A DNA stretch of 64,000 bases from Histomonas meleagridis 2922-C6/04-290x (taxonomy: Eukaryota > Protista > Parabasalia): positions 62,001-126,000 of the forward strand of contig JAANOX010000243.1 in the NCBI GenBank assembly GCA_020184695.1, written 5' to 3'. The position numbers were made by a program, and so were the translations under genes. Within the stretch, counting starts at the first letter, position 1. Each line of letters starts with the position of its first letter. Below are positions 58,520 to 64,000 of this stretch, one piece after another. The notes below the pieces were generated by a model. It was not told the origin of the DNA and ran no database searches. It saw nothing but the letters and a program-made list of their open reading frames with translations.

Positions 58520-60652
58520 TTACAAATGCGGGATTTTATTGTCTTCTATGAAATCTATTGCAAATGGATCTTTTTCTTCAACTGTGAAACTGTTATTGAA
58601 GTCATGAAGAACTTTATTTGCTTTTTCTTTTTCAAGTTCGATATCACTTTCAGTAATTTGCTTTTTATTCTTTATATGAACAATTACTACAACAAGTATA
58701 ACGACAATAATAACAACAGCGACAACTACACATACAATAACAATTATAGTGACTGTATTTGTATTAGAAATAGTCGATGAAACAATTTGATTATTCGTAA
58801 AGAATTTAATATAAGAGTTATAATATGTTGTGTAAAAAACTATTGTGTAATTATAAAATATAAAGTGTGTATACAAATATGTAGATTCAGATGCAATGAT
58901 TGTGTTAATGTAAGTGCCTGAAGTAAAGGAATAATGAGAAAATGTATTTACATATGACAAAATATAACTATAAGAAAATGTCGCCTCAAATAATGATTCC
59001 GAATATAAAAATGTACTTGAAGCAATAAAACTATTTGATTGTGTAAATTTATTCGATTGCGTTATAGTATTCGATTGTGTAAATGTATTCGATTGTGTAA
59101 ATGTATTCGATTGCGAAAAACTTTTTGTTTGTGTAAATGTATTCGATTGTGAAAATGTATTCGATTCAGTATATGTGCATGTGCTTGTAAATGATTTTGT
59201 TTGAATAAATGGAATTTTAATTGTTATTATTTCGCCCACATTCTCAGCCTCATCAACAGGTGCAATGTGAACGTACATTTCCTTAACAATTTCTTCAATT
59301 GTTAATTGAATATAATTATTAAATGTTTCTTTAACAAGCTCAGACTCATCATAACATTCACTAATTTCATTTATCGAATATATATATTTCTTTATACCTG
59401 TTGCAACATTAATTGTTAAATGATTTGATTCATCAATTAAATTACCATTTTCATTATATGCGCAAACTTTATAAGTTTGTTGAGGACCTAAATCTATTGC
59501 ATTAATTTTAATTAAGTAATTGTTACTATCAAAAGTAACATTTTCTATTTTTGGAGGTGATAAATCATTAGAAAAAAGAGAAACATCAAATTCTTCTTCG
59601 ACTATTCTTTGTTTAAGGTAAAATATTGTGTTAGCTAATATTTTCTTTTCAATATCATATGCATTACATTCACTATGACCGATTTGGATCATTGCAGTAT
59701 TACCATAAGTTGTAAGATAAAAATTATGAATAAGTTCTCCATCAAAAAGAAGACTATGTTCACCTAATGAAAACCAAACATCACCTAATGCTGCATGACG
59801 TGTAGTATGAGTTGAATATATATCATATGTAGAATTGATATCACCATTGATTTCCCATGGATATTCAAGTATATGACCTTTCTTTTCTAATTTAATATTT
59901 GTGGAAAATAGAAAATCATGAAATGTGCCTTCATCAATTATTTCCAACTTAATCCCAAATAAATCACGGATTGTTACTAAGCCAGTCGCCTCCGGAAGAG
60001 ATCCTTCCTTGAGAAAGGCATATGATATTGTGTCATGTCCTATGATAAATCCATAGCCTCGATTAATATAATCTTTAACTATAGTTTGGGAACTGTCAGT
60101 AGATAAAAGAAATCCGGCACTGGAATCCCAGAACCCAAATACAGTTACATCGAATTGATATAGCCAAGATGAGTTTTCATGAACAGAATTCTCAAATTCA
60201 TCTATAGAATTAAGTGTTACATTCATTATCACTTCTTCATTAGATCCAATGCCAAAGGCTTGCGTTTCTATATCGTTAATAATCCCACCTTCCATCCATG
60301 CCTTAAGAGATGCAGACTTAGGATATATGTATGAATTTCCATCCGGATCAGTATTAAAGCTCATTGCAACATTGTAGGTACTAAAGCTAGCTTGGTCGTA
60401 CCGTATTTGACCTTTAGTGCTAGACGAAGGGTAAATTCCTAAAACATTAATGAGTTTACCTTCTTTGTGGGTGCTTACTGCATCCCATTCATCATTTTCA
60501 CAAGACTTTTGAAATATTTTATAATATATGTGATCGATTTTTGAGTTATTTCCCCATTGAAGGTGAACACCTCCTTTCCCTCCTGATAGAGTCGGATTTA
60601 CATATCCTTCAAGTATTATTTCTCCTGATAATACCCAGAATAAAAGAAGCAT
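58520..60652 (-). CDS. Single-pass surface protein with a non-LRR head, SNTF stalk, TM and DPF tail
   Basis: Hydrophobic leader MLLLFWVLS; stalk FSQSNTFTQ repeats at ~59030-59180; TM VTIIVIVCVVVAVVIIVVILVVVIV; tail EEKDPFAIDFIE. Confidence 0.85.
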   Translation of the reverse strand: MLLLFWVLSGEIILEGYVNPTLSGGKGGVHLQWGNNSKIDHIYYKIFQKSCENDEWDAVSTHKEGKLINVLGIYPSSSTKGQIRYDQASFSTYNVAMSFNTDPDGNSYIYPKSASLKAWMEGGIINDIETQAFGIGSNEEVIMNVTLNSIDEFENSVHENSSWLYQFDVTVFGFWDSSAGFLLSTDSSQTIVKDYINRGYGFIIGHDTISYAFLKEGSLPEATGLVTIRDLFGIKLEIIDEGTFHDFLFSTNIKLEKKGHILEYPWEINGDINSTYDIYSTHTTRHAALGDVWFSLGEHSLLFDGELIHNFYLTTYGNTAMIQIGHSECNAYDIEKKILANTIFYLKQRIVEEEFDVSLFSNDLSPPKIENVTFDSNNYLIKINAIDLGPQQTYKVCAYNENGNLIDESNHLTINVATGIKKYIYSINEISECYDESELVKETFNNYIQLTIEEIVKEMYVHIAPVDEAENVGEIITIKIPFIQTKSFTSTCTYTESNTFSQSNTFTQTKSFSQSNTFTQSNTFTQSNTITQSNKFTQSNSFIASSTFLYSESLFEATFSYSYILSYVNTFSHYSFTSGTYINTIIASESTYLYTHFIFYNYTIVFYTTYYNSYIKFFTNNQIVSSTISNTNTVTIIVIVCVVVAVVIIVVILVVVIVHIKNKKQITESDIELEKEKANKVLHDFNNSFTVEEKDPFAIDFIEDNKIPHL
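59030..59180 (-). repeat. 18-nt tandem repeat encoding (T/S)QSNTF hexapeptides
   Basis: GTATTCGATTGTGTAAAT-like units repeated about 7 times on the + strand. Confidence 0.85.
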
Positions 60653-60899
60653 CGAGAGTTGTAACTTTCACCTGAAGTTTTTGTTTTACAACACATGTGT
60701 TAAACCACTTTTTGATACAAATACAAGAGTATTAAAAGTATCTTCTCAATTTTTTCTGATAATTTTTGTCAAGCAGTTTCATAAATAAACCGGTTTTCGA
60801 GTTCAAAAAGTAACTATTCAAATCGATTCGATTTGATGAAACAACTCTTGATTTAAGTGAAGGTATCAAAAAATATGTTATATTACGAATGAATCTTCT

Positions 60900-62050
60900 A
60901 GGATATTTATAAAAAATTATTTAACGATGGAGTTGATCCCAATGAATTTCAAAAATAATTCGAAATGAAGAAATAGATAAACTCCAAGAAATATCATCAC
61001 AAACAAATTTTGATAATAACCAAATTTTGCTTATTGATTGTAAACCATCAATTTATGAAAAGTATTCACTTACTAATCAAGAGAATGTTACATTAATTGA
61101 TTTTGCAGCGTTTTTTGGTTCTGTTAAATGTTTTAAATATTTATTATTTAAGGTGCAAACGTAGCCACTATCCTTTTATTTGTATTTTTAGAAAAAACAT
61201 GTAAACAATGAAGTTGCAGGTGGAAATTGAACATGTTCAAATTTAATATGGAAATAAATTCGTTGATTCTCTAAAAAAAATTAGCACTTTTGTATTTCTT
61301 AAGGAATTGTGATATGAAAAATGTTCTCGAAATCTCTTTGTGAAAATAAAATTGTTAAAGTTTCTTCAGTAAAATTTAGTATTCAGTTAACTAAAAATGT
61401 ATCAATAAACATTGAACTGTTTAACTTTTTGGCAGAACAAAAGCTAATAGAAATTAATGAAAATTTAATTGTTTTATTTTGATGTTTTAAAGTCAGATTT
61501 GAAAATTATTTAAATTATTTTGTACAAAGCACTTATGATTGTATATAATGATGGCAACATAAAAATACAAATGGAAGGATAGTAACTTCTCCCGTACACT
61601 GAAAAATGGATAATTTCTTCGCCAACTAAAACTATTCAAATTGTGAACAAACTGAACTCAGGCCAAGCAAAGTAAATAATGTCGTTATTGTTTTGGGGTA
61701 TTATTTGATTTGATTATGGTTGTTCAGTGAGAAATATTTTTCAAATTATTTTTGGATAAAATGTTATAAAAAAAAGTAATTACTAATTAGTTACATGTAA
61801 TATTCGGAAATTATTTAAGTTAATTTGAACAGCAATTACGTGTGCAGTTAATATTGGAAATATGAAAATATTTAAATTGCTTATTGAACAAGAAGGAATT
61901 AATGTTATTATCAAAGATTTATATTTATATAGTTTTATATTAATTGTTAAATTGATATTTTAAATTATTATTTGGAAATTATATATAAGATATTTGAAAC
62001 AGCACTTATTAAAGCTTCTGAAAAAGGAGATGCAGAAAATTTTTGGTTAT
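60900..62050 (+). pseudogene. DUF3447/ankyrin-repeat gene remnant
   Basis: IIRNEEIDKLQEIS..SIYEKYS..VTLIDFAAFFGSVKCFKYLL (60955-61160), VAGGN (61213), then ankyrin units TAITCAVNIGNMKIFKLLIEQEGINV and TALIKASEKG. Confidence 0.8.
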
Positions 62051-62446
62051 TTCTTCTAAATAAATATTTTTTAATTATATAAAGTTTATATGTTTTAATA
62101 AACACTTTGGATATATCAAAACTAAACACATAAATTAATACATGTATAAATATTTTTGCTCTACAGCTTTTCGTTTATTTTTTGTGTTAGACATATTTTT
62201 GATAATCACAATAAAAATGAAAAATTATTTTAAACCATCAGAGTTTCACTTATAAAATATGATTGTACCCCTTGCAAAAGATTTTCTTTCCTTCAATAAA
62301 CAGCCAATACCTTTTGTCATTTTGAAAATTACATTGTCAATAAATACAAAATTTCAGTATCTAATTAGTAATGTGAAAGTGTTTTCATTAAAATCTTTTA
62401 AGAATTAAAACAAAAATTCAGTTTATTTCAATCTACAGATAAGCCC

Positions 62447-63457
62447 TTACAGTTCCCACCATCTCTTTTTTCTCTCATTCGTTGTTCCTTTGTAATTGAA
62501 GAACTTTGGTATTTTTATGTTTGTGTTTTCTTTGTATTCTCCGTTTTCGAACTTTTCGAATATTTCTTTCAGTTGTGGAATTTGCGTTGTGTTATGTTCA
62601 ATGTGAAAACTGCTTTTGTCTTCGCTCGCAATGGCTATAGCAGGCGGCACAACATTATACTGCGGATATGTTTCGTTGAACACCTTAAATTCGATCTGAC
62701 CAAAGAGCGTCGTGTTTTCGATTAGCTCGATCTCATTTCGGAATTTTTCATATATTTGTGGATAGTTATGGATAATGAACATGAATTTACGTGTTGACTT
62801 TTCTGCTGCACTAAGATTCCAATTACCTAATGATGACAATGAATATTCATCAACAAATTTGCTAATTGCCTGTGGATTAAAATCACCAGTATATTCAACG
62901 GATACGTTCTTGTTGAGGTATGCAATCAACGTTGGCTTGGCAGTGCTCTCTCCGAAGTAAATTCGGTTTTTGAGGAATGGTATCCTTTCTTGAATATCGC
63001 GAACAAATAAACATTGGTCACGATAATTTCGTTGAGAGGAAAATGCAAAAGCTGGATATTCACTTGTAAATTCAATAGGATATTTGAAACATGGGATGTT
63101 GAGATCAACTTTCTTTAATTCTTCAGTAAGATTAATAAATGTTTCTAAATCCCTCTTTGGCCGAAGACGATTTGGTTTTCCTCGTAAAAATGTGACAAAT
63201 GAGGGAAATGATGGAGCTTGATATATCGCACGATAATATGGATTTGATTCACATTCTATTTGGCCCACTGCAACAGAAGTATCGTTCTCATAGAGATCCA
63301 TTAGTTCTGCCCATGCTGGGAGCACTTGTTTGCAAAAACCACAATAATCTGCATAAAATAGTATAAAACTTGGAATAAATGTGCTATTTTGAACAAATTC
63401 TTGACAGTTCTCTTGGGTAACTATCACTTTATATGTAATCAAAAACGAGAGAATCAT
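62447..63457 (-). CDS. Thioredoxin/PDI-like secretory protein
   Basis: Signal-like N-terminus; FYADYCGFCKQV active-site motif; C-terminus ...WWEL. Confidence 0.8.
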   Translation of the reverse strand: MILSFLITYKVIVTQENCQEFVQNSTFIPSFILFYADYCGFCKQVLPAWAELMDLYENDTSVAVGQIECESNPYYRAIYQAPSFPSFVTFLRGKPNRLRPKRDLETFINLTEELKKVDLNIPCFKYPIEFTSEYPAFAFSSQRNYRDQCLFVRDIQERIPFLKNRIYFGESTAKPTLIAYLNKNVSVEYTGDFNPQAISKFVDEYSLSSLGNWNLSAAEKSTRKFMFIIHNYPQIYEKFRNEIELIENTTLFGQIEFKVFNETYPQYNVVPPAIAIASEDKSSFHIEHNTTQIPQLKEIFEKFENGEYKENTNIKIPKFFNYKGTTNERKKRWWEL

Positions 63458-63600
63458 GAAAACTTATGTTTTATATACCCTATACAAAAAGTTTTAAATG
63501 AACACAAAACCGTTTTAATGTGGCACAAAATTTTTTATTTGGATTTCTTATCAACACAATAATTGGTTTATATAACAAAAATCATATAATATAACAAGAT

Positions 63601-63999
63601 TCAAGCCTTGATTTTGGATAGTTGATATTTACATTTATCTAGGATTTGTTGTTGTTTCTTAAGATTCAATAAATCACTTTCTATGGATTGCTCTAAATGA
63701 TTCATTGCTTCCTCTAATTGTAAAAGTGATTTTTCACACCAATCATTAGTGTCTTCTAATGAATGTTCTTCGCTTAAATCCAAATTCTTTTCATTATTTT
63801 TTTCAATTGTATCAATATTAAAAATATTATCTTGGCTTTGTTGGTCAGCATCTGATATTTGTGAATTTTCATTTGAATAATTTTGCATAATTTCATTTGA
63901 ATCAGAAAAAGAAAATGATTGGTTACTTTTCTTTAACTCAATGAGTTCATTAACTTCTTTGTCTAAGCTCTCCAAAAAATATTGTATTTCATCTGGAGT
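63601..63999 (-). CDS. Coiled-coil hypothetical protein, 5' end beyond the window
   Basis: Frame is open from the window edge (TPDEIQYFLESLDKEV...) to TGA at 63601. Confidence 0.6.
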   Translation of the reverse strand, partial: TPDEIQYFLESLDKEVNELIELKKSNQSFSFSDSNEIMQNYSNENSQISDADQQSQDNIFNIDTIEKNNEKNLDLSEEHSLEDTNDWCEKSLLQLEEAMNHLEQSIESDLLNLKKQQQILDKCKYQLSKIKA

Positions 64000-64000
64000 A

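Noticed and set aside
4993-63108. Short ORF-track entries nested in or antisense to long genes (e.g. 4993-5337, 9797-10105, 27851-28072, 48157-49524 alternative frames, 53457-53702, 62775-62960)
   Set aside because: They are shadow frames of real CDSs with no recognisable motifs.
1-64000. Non-standard genetic code (TAA/TAG = Gln, or TGA = Trp)
   Set aside because: Conserved proteins (alpha-tubulin, BET3, TAF5) end at TAA where expected, ORFs up to 2927 aa have no internal stops, and tRNA-Trp has a normal CCA anticodon with a 5-bp stem.

Overview
Eukaryotic, very AT-rich, gene-dense, essentially intron-less DNA from a parabasalid protist (Tritrichomonas/Histomonas-like; inferred from BspA surface proteins, DUF3447-ankyrin remnants, TCAY(T/A) initiator elements just upstream of ATGs and stop codons that double as TAAA polyadenylation signals). 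The genetic code is standard. There are about 27 protein-coding loci: four karyopherin-like proteins, a Nup62/Nsp1 coiled-coil, HYDIN-like, a USP deubiquitinase, UBX, MOCOS-like PLP enzyme, BET3, a cyclin, an eIF4G-like MIF4G protein, a SAC9-like phosphatase, alpha-tubulin, TAF5, MON2, two thioredoxin-fold proteins and several single-pass surface proteins. There is also one tRNA-Trp(CCA) and many BspA/ankyrin pseudogene fragments. No CRISPR array, rRNA or recognisable transposase was seen. The most unusual signals are: (1) a recent ~1.85 kb tail-to-tail inverted duplication of a full-length mRNA-capping-enzyme paralogue in which every catalytic motif is degenerate; (2) a frame-breaking, nucleotide-conserved 80-nt spacer at the same point of ankyrin repeats in two loci 62 kb apart (candidate non-canonical intron or recoding element); (3) a modular surface-protein system in which BspA LRR heads, or a head resembling Firmicutes surface proteins, sit on a shared SNTF-hexapeptide stalk / Tyr-rich segment / TM / DPF tail, with evidence of cassette shuffling. 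All family assignments come from motif recognition by eye; no database search was run.
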